A DNA stretch of 64,000 nt, from positions 3,720,001 through 3,784,000 of the forward strand of contig OZ024743.1 of the NCBI GenBank assembly GCA_964016885.1. Direction: 5' to 3'. The stretch comes from Eledone cirrhosa (taxonomy: Eukaryota). Positions 13,634 through 26,612 of this stretch are shown here, one piece after another. A program made the translations under genes and the position numbers. Positions within the stretch are counted from its first letter, which is position 1. Every line of letters starts with the position of its first letter. The notes under the pieces were generated by a model that saw only the letters and a program-made list of their open reading frames with translations, was not told the origin of the DNA and made no database searches.

Positions 13634-13839
13634 AAATTATTGGAGTAAATATACAATATATTAACAAATGGAAACTATATTTATAAAACCATATTTATTT
13701 CATTATACATATTTCAAGGGCCACCTCTACATATATATAGGGACTATGACGCACCAGAGTTCGGATCTAGCTGTCGAAACGGCCGGAGCTCAGCCGTCGG
13801 GGTCCTGACTCGTTTCACACAGACACACACATATATATA

Positions 13840-13952
<113 letters not shown>

Positions 13953-14334
13953 GTGTGTGTGTGTTTTAGTAAAACACAGAAAGTGATTCTATATGACCTC
14001 AAAGGCGGAGTAGGATGAGGCACTGGCCAATGTGCGGAGGAGGTAAATTTTATTGAGTGGCTCGGGGAATAGGGATGTGTGGGCCGGGACTTTGATACCG
14101 AAAAGCAGGCAAACAAACAAAGAGGATTTGTATATGATATACCTGTCCACATGCTTGTCTCACAGTACATGTATTTCAAGCATACCAGTAATACCACGAA
14201 CTGTGTCACTTAGCATGTGAATATGGACATATGGTGAGCGTGAAGATAAACCGAAATAGGTGAAGATCCCGATGAACATATAGCTATCGCAGAGCTCATA
14301 CCCATTGCATGTTGTTGTTGTTATTATTATTATT

Positions 14335-14732
14335 ATTGGCAGTATCGGTAGAGGGTCGGACGCCATGCTTTGCAACATAGAGTTACGCCCCTTTATATTC
14401 TGAGTTCAAATCCCGCCAAGGTTAACTTTGCCTTTCATCCTTACCGGGTCGATAAAATAAAGTACCAGTAATACACAGGATAATTGCTGGCCTTGTGCCA
14501 AAAGTAGAAACAATTATTATTATTTACTTCTTAGGGCGGTGGATTGGCAGTATCGGTAGAGGGTCGGACACATTGCTTTGCAGCATGGAGTTACATCCCT
14601 TTACGATCTGAGTTAAAATCCCGCCGAGGATATCTTTGCCTTTCATCCTTACGGGGTCGATAAAATAAAGTACCAGTAATACACTGAGGTAATTGCTGGC
14701 CTTGTGCCAAAAGTAGAAACAATTATTATTAT
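14335..14732 (+). mobile_element. Two head-to-tail SINE family A copies
   Basis: Each copy is followed by ttattatttacttc. Confidence 0.9.
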
Positions 14733-14896
14733 TTACTTCAGACGTGTTTTACTAAGTTTCATACGTTTCTTTATTGTTCTGTTACAATGTGTCAATAGGG
14801 CGCCACAACTTGCCCTATAAACGCGCGATCCTAGAATAATTGGGCCTTTTTGCCCCAATATTGTGTATCTATACTTAATCACACCTTTAATGTCTG

Positions 14897-15385
14897 GAAA
14901 GGTGGGTGAGAGTGGCGAGCATAGTTCGAGTGAAGGGGCCTGTTTTTAGTATGCACTTGGTGCCCATGAAGAAAGAGGTTGTGTGGTGGACACACTTGAA
15001 AGGGTTGAAGACAAGCACTTTTCCCCTCGGTGAAGCCCTGATAAACATTTTCATCTTACACTTAAAGAGGAAAATCAGGGTGGGAAGGGAAGTGTTGCCT
15101 TCCAGTCAGTTTGTTAAAAGGTGAATGAGAGTGGCGATCAAGGTCCGGGTGAGTGGACCTGTTCTGAGAATGCGCCTGTAGATTGTATGATCATAACAAG
15201 GAGGAGACACATGCCCTAGTAGTCAGGGTTGTCGTGGTTTTTTCGTGGGATTTTTCCAAGAGTGACTCTCAAAAGTTTCCTCATATTGGGGAATTTTCTT
15301 TTACTTGAATAGTTTTTCTTGTTGTTTTCTTGTTACCATCCTTTTACACGAGAACACCCAATCTTTATACTGTCATATACCATCT
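14897..15385 (+). mobile_element. Tx1-clade 3' fragment with a partial internal duplication
   Basis: KEVVWWTHLKGL...KRKIRVGREVL matches the ORF2 C-terminus KEVVWWTRLKGL...RRIRMEREVL. Confidence 0.8.
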
Positions 15386-15831
15386 TAATTGCTGGCCTTG
15401 TGCCAAAAGTAGAAACAATTATTTCTGCAGAAAGCTACATAAGGAAACAACAGCGAGCCCAAGGTTCAATGTACAAAAAAGAAAGAAGTAAAGAAGAGAA
15501 AAAAAACAACAACCAACAAGCCAGAGTTTACTCGGCCCTTCAACCTGCTAGAAATAGCAGTCAAATTTTCTGAAATTACTTATGTTAAAGTGTTGCTGCT
15601 ACTACCACCACCACCACCACCACCACCACCACCACCACTACTACTACTACTACGACTACGACTACTACTACTACTCTTGTGTGACGCTAAGAAAAAACCA
15701 ACGAAATGCATGTGCCCATTTTTATACCACAACAACGACACACCACACACACATATATGTGTGTGTGTGTGTGTGGGTATGTGGGAGTCTGAGAGATTAT
15801 ATACGATTAGCTTCGTTAAATTATATTCAGT

Positions 15832-16002
15832 TGACAGATCTGCTTTTAACCGTAAGTTGAACACTATTTTTTTCACATTAGTTCGATGTTTGCATCTTTG
15901 CCTTCGATAACGAAGGCAGAGATGAACAAATCGAACTGATGTATAAATCGAACTAATGTGAAAAAAATTGTGTTCAACTTATGGTTAAAAGCAGATCTGT
16001 CA
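15832..16002. repeat. About 170-bp imperfect palindrome
   Basis: tgacagatctgcttttaaccgtaagttgaacac...gtgttcaacttatggttaaaagcagatctgtca. Confidence 0.85.
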
Positions 16003-16215
16003 CATAACTATCTCGGTTGAGTACTTAGGCGCATATTCTGTTCTATGAATTTCTCTCCAACGTGTTTTCCTCTAAACGACTGGTTTCAACTGACCTCCTC
16101 TTTATAAGTACACGTGATTTTGCTACTATCTGAATCTGCTCTCATTATCATAATGATAACCCAGTTCGATTGTATTAGTGGCTCGGATAAATCTCCCGTT
16201 TGGATTTGAGCTGAA

Positions 16216-16343
16216 TTTCCACTGATGAAGCGTTATAAAGTCTGTTTATGTAATATTTAGAAATGTTACAGGACTTCTGTGAGTAGGACTTGCTGATGCA
16301 ACTGTTGCACACGGGACGTAACATAGAAACTGTACAGTCTGAG
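16216..16343 (+). ncRNA. Hammerhead ribozyme-like motif with a long helix II insertion
   Basis: CTGATGA (16222) ... GAAAC-TGTACA-GTC (16326-16339); helix I pairing is weak. Confidence 0.45.
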
Positions 16344-16497
16344 TGTATATATTATACACACATGAATCCATTTCATTTAGTAATTAACGAAAAGTGTCCG
16401 CTGTGAAGTATAAATTTGTATTTACAACACGATTCTTGTAAAATCATTGAGTAAGTAGATAACGGTCGGAGCTATACGGAATATACAAGATTAGCTT

Positions 16498-16535
<38 letters not shown>

Positions 16536-16907
16536 GTACGCATGCTAAGTTCATTACAATTAATGCAGACGTAAAGTGAATTCAGCTGTATCGACAAAAG
16601 AGACGAAAGCTGACTCCTAGGTGGCATCAGCTGGGATCGCAGAACATAAATTGCCATATAAAAATGTTATAAAGATACAATTTTACTCGAGTTTAATGGT
16701 TTTATCAATGAAATACTTTGAAAATAATCAGGAATAAACCGTTAAATAACTTTAAATCCGGTGATGATAGCATTATCAGTTGCAACGGCATTTCCATTCT
16801 TATCTGCTGCTTACAAGAAAATAGCGTCACATTGTGCCTCTAACTCCACTTCATTTAAATGAGGCCGAAAAAGGGTCTGGAAACATTAATGGATATTAAT
16901 GCGTTAT

Positions 16908-17100
16908 TGTGGATTGGCAGTATAAGTAGAGAGACGGATCTCATCATTTGCAGCATATAGTTACGTCTCTTTACAGTCTGAGTTTAAATCCTGCCGCGGT
17001 TAACTTTGCCTTTCATCCTTACGGGGTCAATAAAATAAAGTACCAGTAATGCACTGGGATAATTGATGGCCTTGTGCCAAACATAGAAACAGTTATTATT
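16908..17100 (+). mobile_element. SINE family A
   Basis: Head, B box, core and tail. Confidence 0.88.
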
Positions 17101-17538
17101 CCAAATTAAATATAAAGGCCTAATCAGGAGAGGAAAACAATAAATAAGATTAAACTCGAACATAGCCTTATTTCTATAACACAAACACATATATGTGGCA
17201 GCGATGTGTTTGTTTTGAAAGGGTTTCGTGTGTTGAAACAGATATTGTTATATTTGTGGAGGTCATTTGTCCTAATATCGCCAAAATAATAAAACACACC
17301 CACGGTTCGATGTTTGCTTCAGTATTTCTTTATACTTATATTTTTAACTGCTGGTTTATACTTATATTGTTAACTGCTGGTTAATCAATGATAAACATTG
17401 ATTGCCATCTAAATTATTTATAAAAAGATAAGGAAATACTGAAGTAAAAATCGAGCCAAACAGTGAGTGTGTTTTACTATATATTTCTGGCAATATTAGA
17501 ACAACATCACCCTCCCCAAATATAACAACATATATATG

Positions 17539-17603
<65 letters not shown>

Positions 17604-18164
17604 AAGATTTAATGTAGAAAAGCCTTCTACTGGACTAGAACTGTTTCATTCATATTAAACAGTTACATTCCTGTAGAAGCCTTCTCTATAATAAATATTC
17701 GTTGTTCTCACGCTACTTATTGAGTACCTTATTTACTGTAGTTACCCGCGATTCTATTTGGGATCAACACACACACACACACAGACACACACACACACAC
17801 ATATATATATAGTAAAGATCGTGAGGTTGTGAGTTCGATTCCCGAGATGCGTTATTTCCTTGAGCAAGACACTTTATTTCACGTTCCTACTTCTACATGG
17901 AGTTGCGACCAATAGATAGTATTAGCAATTAGAAAGACCAATGGAAACATTGTTTCCTCGGTTAGGTATATATACATATATATACGGGTGTGTTAGTGTC
18001 TGTGTGTGCATGTGTGTGTGCGTGTTCATTTTGTACTTTAAGCACAATGTATCCATAGTATGGGACTGCGTTAGGTTAGCTGAATCAAATCAAGTGAATT
18101 ACTAATATTTAAGAAGAATTTTATTTCGATTTAATAAAATCGCCTCTGTTATGTTGCCACACAC

Positions 18165-18226
<62 letters not shown>

Positions 18227-18230
<4 letters not shown>

Positions 18231-18537
18231 TAAACGGAATAGAAAATGCTGACAAATTGTTCACAGTTGAAAAATGGTTTAATTAGGAATAAAAGAGTAT
18301 TAGTGATTGTATGGGTTAGTATTCAGTTGTGTTTGCTCTGATCAGAGCAAACAGCACGGACACTCTATCTCAAAATTATTTTTGAAAAGCATTTAGAAAT
18401 GCGCAACCGGTAAAAACTTAAAAACTTAAAACCACAACTGAATACTAACCCATACAATCACTAATACTCTTTTATTCCTAATTAAACCATTTTTCAACTG
18501 TGAACAATTTGTCAGCATTTTCTATTCCGTTTACCAA
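18227..18537. mobile_element. (TA)n-embedded element with 105-bp inverted repeats
   Basis: 18227-18331 is the reverse complement of 18433-18537; the spacer holds a decayed hammerhead-like motif. Confidence 0.85.
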
Positions 18538-18572
18538 TATATATATATATATATATATAAAAGTAAAAACGT

Positions 18573-18673
18573 GGAAGTTTCGTTTACATATGAGAAATAT
18601 TTATTGCGTATCGACCTGTTATGCGCGTTTCGCAGAGGTAAATAAATATTTTTCATATGTAAACGAAACTTCC
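18573..18673. repeat. 33-bp inverted repeat next to (TA)n
   Basis: ggaagtttcgtttacatatgagaaatatttatt / aataaatatttttcatatgtaaacgaaacttcc. Confidence 0.8.
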
Positions 18674-18801
18674 TCATGTTTTCTATTATATACACTCTAC
18701 CTAAGTGCTTGATTTGGTACCAACACCAGTATTTCATCGTACTACCTACACTATATATATATATATATATATATATAGGTGTGTGTGTGTGTGTGTGGGG
18801 T

Positions 18802-18896
<95 letters not shown>

Positions 18897-20187
18897 TTGC
18901 TTGCGCGTGTGTGTTTTGTATCCACCTTAGGAGAATATAGCATGTATGATATAGGACTTTCTATAAGTAGAATGCAGAAGAGATGAGCCAAGTTTGTGGA
19001 CTATTGTAGAGTTGGAAATGACAGGAGACTTATGTGGGAGTACGTCTCTAGATGAATCAATTTAATGTGATATTGTATTTGTAAAATGCAGAAGTTTAAA
19101 TATTGTGTAAAAGTGTTGAGAAGCAATGAAAGAAGTCAATTGGAGGTGGCTGGTTGGATAGTATGACGAGTATAGTAGAAATACATAGTTTTATTGCTCT
19201 TGGCCACATTTTAAAAGATAATTGAATGGTGTCTTGACTGAAAACGAAGTAGGTTAATTACAAATAATCTCCTTTGTGCATGCCAGCATACATGGTCTTG
19301 CTGTGAAGATTGGTTTCAGTTAAAACCTAATTTAATGAAGAGCACGAGATTAGAGATTGATTTTTGAATCCCCCGTGTCTTTCCCATTAGAACAGAGTGA
19401 TACTTTGATAAACTGCAATGTATGTTAATTATACTTGGCATTATCGAAAAAAAAATCAATTTTCACAAAGATTAAATATGATTAAGTATTCAAAATGATC
19501 TATCACATATGATATAAATCATTTTCGCTACTTACATATAGTTTTGGTATAAAGAATACTATTAAAGTCCATCTCCAGGAAAGCAAATGGTTAGCAACTG
19601 GTATATTGCTTTGTAGTCGACCAATTTACAGAATCCTTCGAACTTCGGATAGAATGCTTTACAGTATTTGTTCCACCTAATATTATTTAGAGGTCGATAC
19701 AAAAATACCCGTCCACTACTCGGGTCAATTCTTCCTTTATATCTCTTTCACAAATTCTTTCCCCTCTTTCTTTCTCCCCTTTTCATTCTCCCCTTCTCTG
19801 GAAAAAATTGGCTTTGTTGAAGCCCGCCCTAGATACGTCGTATGTCATTCCGGTACCCTTACGATTCCTTATAGTGTTTTGACGAGTTTTCTTAGAATCT
19901 CTATTTTTGTGTTATCATATTAAGCTATATATAGAACATACTCTTACTTCACACAGGAATACTTTTTATAGGTACATATGATTGTTTGCAACTGATTTTA
20001 TTGCATATAATTTATTATAGAAATAGAGAAGGCGATTTGGTAGTTATTTCTAGCAGATCGAGTGGCTAGGTAGATACTGCCTCGTTTAAGAATAATAGAG
20101 ATCAGTATTCATTCCGAGATATATAACTTGTAGTCAATATTAACAAAACTGTAATAGTTGTTCGGAGATGAAGTATTTCTGAAAACC

Positions 20188-20328
20188 TAGCTTTAAGCTA
20201 ACATACATCTAAAATTCACAATAGCTTTACGCTAACATACATCTAAAATTCACAATAGCTTTAAGCTAACATACATCTAAAATTCACAATAGCTTTAAGC
20301 TAACATACATCTAAAATTCATAATTAGC
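20188..20328. repeat. 34-bp tandem repeat, about 4 units
   Basis: Unit tagctttaagctaacatacatctaaaattcacaa. Confidence 0.9.
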
Positions 20329-20639
20329 TCAACGCTTCCTGAATACGATTAATTTTTGCTTCACACATTTAAGATTGTTTGGTGTCACTGAATCGCTTGT
20401 GTTTCACTTTTATTTCAACGGAGTACTTTAATTATATATTGAGTTTTTGGAGCATGCAAATGCTTGTGTTTTAGTGCACATGTTTGTGCTTGTGTGCGTT
20501 TGTTTCGTACTGAAATCAATAACTTTCAAAGGCATCTAATCGTTGTGATATTTTAAACCACAATACAAGAACTCTTTAAAAAAAAAACATCACACACAAA
20601 CGCACTTAGAAAAACAGAAATCCACTTAATGTGTTCTTC

Positions 20640-20982
20640 ACCGGTTTCGACGATGATTAATTCCAGCTCTTCGATCAAATTAAATGCCTATTTAATAAAT
20701 GAAGGTAAACGGCTGAGAAATCAAATGACATTTGTACTCGTAAATTAATAATCAAATAGAATCAGTGTGATACAGTGTGTGATAAGGCTGGTCATTTGAA
20801 ATACAGGTGAAGTAGTCCACCCAAAGGGATTATACAGAGTTCTCGTCTATCGAATTTGCCCAACAGAGATTGGATCAACGCGAACAAATGCAAAAATACT
20901 TACCCAAGCTACTATGCAGTGGAATCGAACCCGACACTTTCTGTTTTTGAAGTGTACTTCTTAAACACTCGGCCATTCCTGT
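20640..20982 (-). mobile_element. Diverged SINE related to family B
   Basis: cggtttcgacgatga.. and gtgtgataaggctgg..aatacaggt match 2780-2950; tRNA-like head gaatcgaaccc..cactcggcca. Confidence 0.55.
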
Positions 20983-21327
20983 GTACACATACATAAACAT
21001 ACACACACATACAAAAAACGCACCTAGTCGTACAAACACACTCAGACACACACAGTATCAGGGATATTCAGATGAATTAACATTTGTTCGCATTCAATTA
21101 TCTATTTGTATAAAGCAACCAATAAAACAAAGAACTTCAGACTTATAGAGCCCAAGTTTAAGCTCTTATACACTACACTCACGTATCTACTCATGTGCAT
21201 ATACGTACATACATGCATGCATACACATACATACATTCATACATACATACATTCATACTTACATACAAACATACATACATACACACATACATACATACAT
21301 ATATACATACATATATACATACATACA

Positions 21328-21416
21328 CTGGTATCTAACGAGGAGTGTTACAGATAATTAGGGATAGATTGAAACATATCCTATGATGGAATTTGTAACA
21401 AAAAATTAGTAACCAG
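21328..21416 (+). ncRNA. Decayed hammerhead-like motif next to (TACA)n
   Basis: ctggt-at-CTAACGA..tgttacaga...tttgtaaca-AAAAAT-ta-GTA-accag. Confidence 0.35.
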
Positions 21417-22904
21417 CGAATATAACACCGGAATAAGAAAAATATGGTTTTCTGGCCTCTCTGTGTCCAATTTGTTTGGTGTGCTTGTGCTGACACTAAC
21501 ATTTGGACTACTTGATTGAACGCTGGATGAGATCCGAGCCAGTGATGTTAAAACCTGAAATATTCTAGCCGGCACCAGAAATTTCCACATCAACAGTGTT
21601 ACAGAACGTCTTTATCTGAAAAGCCGTAGGCGAATGTTTTGTTGATGATAAAGATGATGATGGTGATGGTAACGATAATGCTGACGAAGAAAAACAAATG
21701 AAAAAATATTTCCTGAGGGAAGACGTGTACGATGTGAGAGAATGTGTTTACGTATGTATGCATGTGTGTATTTGTGTTTGTGTATAGAGAAGAACACAAA
21801 ATAAGATGGAGGAGAAAGCTGGTGGTTTAGATGGTAGATAGTGACTAATAAACTGAGGTAGTATTTATTTACTTCACAAAGTCAATGATTTTTCTATTTA
21901 ACCCACAAAACTGTTTTGAATAAGAAATGTTTGATTAATTCTAACTACCTCATTTTGTTCAGAGACATAACAAATGAAAGACTGATATAGTGTGTTTTGA
22001 AACTCGAACCAAGATGGAAAAAATTCATCGAAAATTGGTAAAATTAATTCATGTTTCAACCATACTCAAAGTAATTAACAATAAACTAATATAATTACTA
22101 CTTTTATTTTCCTTACCTTAAGTATACGATTGATTTCACATGGTTCATTGAATTAATCTTTTTCCAATGTATTACTGGTATTTATGTTAACGATTCTAGA
22201 CGGTGATGAAATACACTCAATATAAATTGATTATCAGAGTGAATTTGAGATCAAAAGAGTTGACTAACTATACGTTACATGTAGAATACCTGCTCATGTT
22301 CGTTATTTGTTATGCACCGTTTCCACCACTACAAAACATCTTATTGGTGGTTACTTTCAGTCTGGTGAATGGCATTAGAATAGGTAGAGTACAATACAAA
22401 ATAAACTGAAACTGAAGTAATCAGTTTTATCTATGGAAATTTTGAATACAAAACCAGTCCCGACTGAGTTCATTTTTGTATTTTATTAAGGGAAACGGTT
22501 TTCAACGGCGATGTAAACTAGTTCGCCCACTCAATTTCTGAGAACTACTCTATTACTGCATCTACTACTCACACGTCTAATAAAGATACCTTACACCGAC
22601 ATAAGACTACACATTTTCAAGGAATAGCATGTTCTATTAAATCGATATCATTACTACATATATTTTTTACTTAAGATAAGGTCGACACCATGCGAGTTTC
22701 AATTTAAATTACAAGATAAATAAAAATGTTGTCTTATCATCAAGTGAGGTAGAGAGAGTAAATGTAATAGTATGTAGCTGAAGCCGTTCAAAAGTTTTAG
22801 TAGGCTAAACATATACTAAGAGCTTAGACTTGAGAGAAGTATGTTGAGATTTAAAGAAAATTTTAGTTAATTAGTCCATCCAATGCATGCAACCTATGGT
22901 CTTC

Positions 22905-23185
22905 ACAATCATCTTTCTTCAAGGTTATTTCGGCATACCGAACATTTGGAAGCCACAGAACGTGACCAGCCAGTAGAATTCTTCATTCAATTATCGTGTC
23001 TTGTAGTTGTTGCGACAGTGCTCTTCTTAACTGGTGTTTAATTCTGATATGATTACATTATAAATTTCTGAAGATTTCCTTCAAGCACCTTTGATAAAAA
23101 GTATCCAATATTTTGATGATTTTTGTAAATTCTTCCCATGATTGACTTACATACAGCGCCGTTAGTAGTACGATAATATGAAACA
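22905..23185 (-). mobile_element. RTE-clade LINE C-terminal remnant
   Basis: LLTALYVSQSWEEFTKIIKILDTFYQRCLKEIF...RILLAGHVLWLPNVRYAEITL. Confidence 0.7.
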
Positions 23186-23879
23186 CATGTATCATGATGT
23201 TGGGTCCTGTGGGCTCATAATATAGTCAGGTGGTGGCTGATAGTATCGAATATTCAATTAATTGGCCAAAGAGGAACACTGTAACGTAACCGTAGCCACA
23301 GACTTTAATAAAACCACCAACATGCCCCAGCCACCAAAGTCATCAGAGGCATCACTTTTATAACAATTACTCCCACCACTGACATCATTTGGACAGAATC
23401 AATGCAGTCACTAGACCTCGTAGAAATAACAGCTAAATATTCCTCCATATACCAACCATATTTATAAAATAGAATACGAACATTGCATGATGTATTCCAA
23501 GATATAAACAAACGACAAAATGGTCAAGACTGGAATGCATACATGTATATATTTGTGTGTATGTCAGTTACACCTATTTGATAGTGTGTTGTTTTTAAAA
23601 GACTCAAATAGGGAATTTTTAGAACTTTCTGTACAATTTCACTGAACAAATCAATTCGGAGGATGTACATCAATTTGCATAATTCTTTATTGAAAAGCAT
23701 TAACAATTCACTCCATATATATAAGTATGTTGTTACACAGTCACGTACATCTATGATAATAGATTCGAATGAGAGTTTCTGAAAGTTTCTAAAAGTTTCG
23801 CCGAAGATGATCTCAATTTAGACGAGGTATTCCATTCATTGTTTCTTTTATTGATCATTGTTTCTCCTATTGCGTGGGA

Positions 23880-24900
23880 AATATAGTTTATCCACGTCAC
23901 AATTGATGTTAAAGTTTCAAGTAACATTGAGCAGCTTGCGAGTCCTTATATCCATCTCGTTCAGTTCTTGCAACGACCAGTTTAGCAGGCCAAATGATGA
24001 CATTAGGATAGGCACAATAAAATTATTATGGGTAATGTGTTTATACTATGGTGAGACTTTTGATGATCATATTCTCTTTACTCTCCTGTGGAATTCCTTC
24101 CTGGTCCTTCCTTATTTGACATTTTCATCTTGCCCAAGATACCTATAGTTGTCACTTGACTGTAGAGGTTGTATCATCAAACAGTTCATTTTTAGATTTT
24201 CACAGCAGGTCACAACATTTCCACGTTTTATTGTTACAAATCATCATTTGGACTTACCAAATATCATTCTAATGTCTGTAGAAAATTGGGTAATGAGGTC
24301 CAATTGCTTTTTGATGTGGTTGATATTATGCCCATATAACTTCAGGTCATCGATCAAGAAAAGATGAAAGATATGTATAGATCCGTTTTTATGACCGTTT
24401 TGTGAGTAGGTATGATAGTGGGTTTAATGAGAGGACGAAGAGCAGCATTGGCAAGCTAGCACCCAAGAGGCCTTTTTGGTAGTGTATGGTATTATACTGA
24501 ATTGGCTTCTTATCTCCCCCAAATATCAAAGTACCAAGTTGGAGTCAGGCGTTGGATAGCAGCTACTAGTGGTTGTGAGACTTTGGCTAACTGTAAAACC
24601 ACAAAAAATCTCCATCTATGTGGTATACTATCAAAGGCCTTCTGGTGGTCCATCCACACTACAGTCAGGTTCCTGTGAGTCTTCACTATTTTTCTTTCTT
24701 GAATCCTTTCATTGATTAGGATCTGCTCTGAACAACTCTACACTTCATTATTCCTCCCAGCTTGCTCAGGTGTTTTGATGGTGTTGGTGGCAAAATGATC
24801 GTGCAACAATAGATTGAGGCACCCAATGATATTTTGGTACGCGCTTGGGCGGTAATATCTAATATGAGTGGTCTGAAAGAGAGTAATGGCAGTTGATGGC
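23880..24900 (-). mobile_element. R4/Dong-like LINE RT remnant
   Basis: NLTVVWMDHQKAFDSIPH and HLFLIDDLKLY motifs, with frameshifts. Confidence 0.7.
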
Positions 24901-26039
24901 CATTAGTGTAGTTGAAGTGTGTCTCTTATACCTTCACCATACAACTGCATAAAAGGTACGATTCTTCAGCTAGTAACCAATTATAATGTCTGGGTTTGGA
25001 GATTTCCTGTTTGACATTTCATGTAGAGCTCATTCAAGTATTTCGACGTCTATTTCATATAACGTTTATTGAACATGCTGACAGTAGTCCTGTAGTTCTT
25101 CTAGCCCCACAACTTGCATATTATATTCATCATTTGTTTCTCATACAGATCTTAATAGCTCTAAATCTGATCTTCTGCAGGGGTGTCTTTTACAGAGATT
25201 GAGCCTTTTACATCGAAAGAGCTCGTGTCCTATTTTTTCCATTTTATTATTTTTCCCTATCTTTTGATCTATAACGATTTCGTGTTTGCCGTACTTCTCC
25301 CTCATAGCTATTTCATAGTCATGGGCCACAAGAGCTAAGTATTTATGTTGTTTAAAGGGCCGAAATTACGCCTGAGTCACGTACAATGACTGATGACGGC
25401 TGTATTGCTTGTATTTCTTGTTCGCATTTGCTTGGAAACACGCACGCACGCAAGCACACACACACACACACACATACACACACACGTACACATACGCACA
25501 TACACATACACACACACACATATATATACATAAGCACGCACACACATGTTTGATAGAAAGAATGCAGCAACTGCAAAATTCTTCACATGTAAATTATACT
25601 TTAAGTCAAATCATTTATTGCTTCCAGATATTAAAAGAAAAACAAAACATTTATGTTAATTCATGACTGACCATTTACAATCAATGCTTTTGGCTTGGTT
25701 ATCGGCTATTAAAGAAAAAATTAACCATTCTTTCTGCAAACGTTTCCAGTGATGTAGGCTCTAATTGTATATAATTATTCTAAATTGTCGTAACATAAAA
25801 ATACTTTATTAATTCAGCTTTCACTTAATAATCTGCTATAAATCTTTAATAGTATTCTAACTGGAGACGGTCTAGAACAAATAAAAATATTTTCTGATTA
25901 ATTCAAGAAACATGTTTGGTAAAATGTAGAGAAGCGTTATAATATTGCTAATCTGGAATTGAGAAAATCCTTACGTAAAAAGATTAGAAGAAGTATGTAA
26001 AATATATTTCTTGTAATCTCAGCAGAGCTATTCCGCCAG

Positions 26040-26612
26040 AGAAAAAGTCGCAGGTGGCGGATACCGATACGGCCACCAGATATGATGGTTAATTGCGATA
26101 TAAGAGCAGCTTCATACTGGACGAATAAGCAGCCCCGTACCAACAGCGATAAACTACTAGGGGAAATGGAGCAATGAGTTAGCTCCCAAGTAAACTCTTA
26201 TAACCTAGTGATGTAGCTACGACTAGGTGAATAAAGGCAGCCTCTAAAAAGCCTAGTCTTTGTGGAACTGAAAAAAGTAAAGGTATCCATATCACATCGT
26301 CTTTCGCAGGGATAACAAGGGATGCGTTCAGCCCTTAGGTAGAGGGGCCTGTTCGAAAAATATATTGCAGTCTCCATCCAACGCTGCCAGAACTGGCGAA
26401 GGGCTTGCGAAATGTCATGGGAAGTGTAGGATAGAAGTACAAAGATTGCGTATCTCGAGATCCCAAAGAGGTTTCAGAAAGGAGCAAACCACAACTATTG
26501 TAACCTGGAACATTACTGGTAAGGAACAGGAACTAGTGGAGGAAGTTAGAAGTTACCGGCTAGACATAGTTGGGGTTTCTTCAACAAAGTTCTGTGGCTC
26601 CGGTACTGTAGA
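26040..26612 (+). mobile_element. RTE-clade LINE 5' end (UTR plus start of APE endonuclease)
   Basis: IVTWNITGKEQELVEEVRSYRLDIVGVSSTKFCGSG; upstream ggcggatacc..acggccaccagatatg resembles RTE 5' UTRs. Confidence 0.7.

Noticed and set aside
25358-25440. ctgatga and gccgaaa/ggaaac near a (CA) tract
   Set aside because: Could not build helices I and III with a cleavable NUH site
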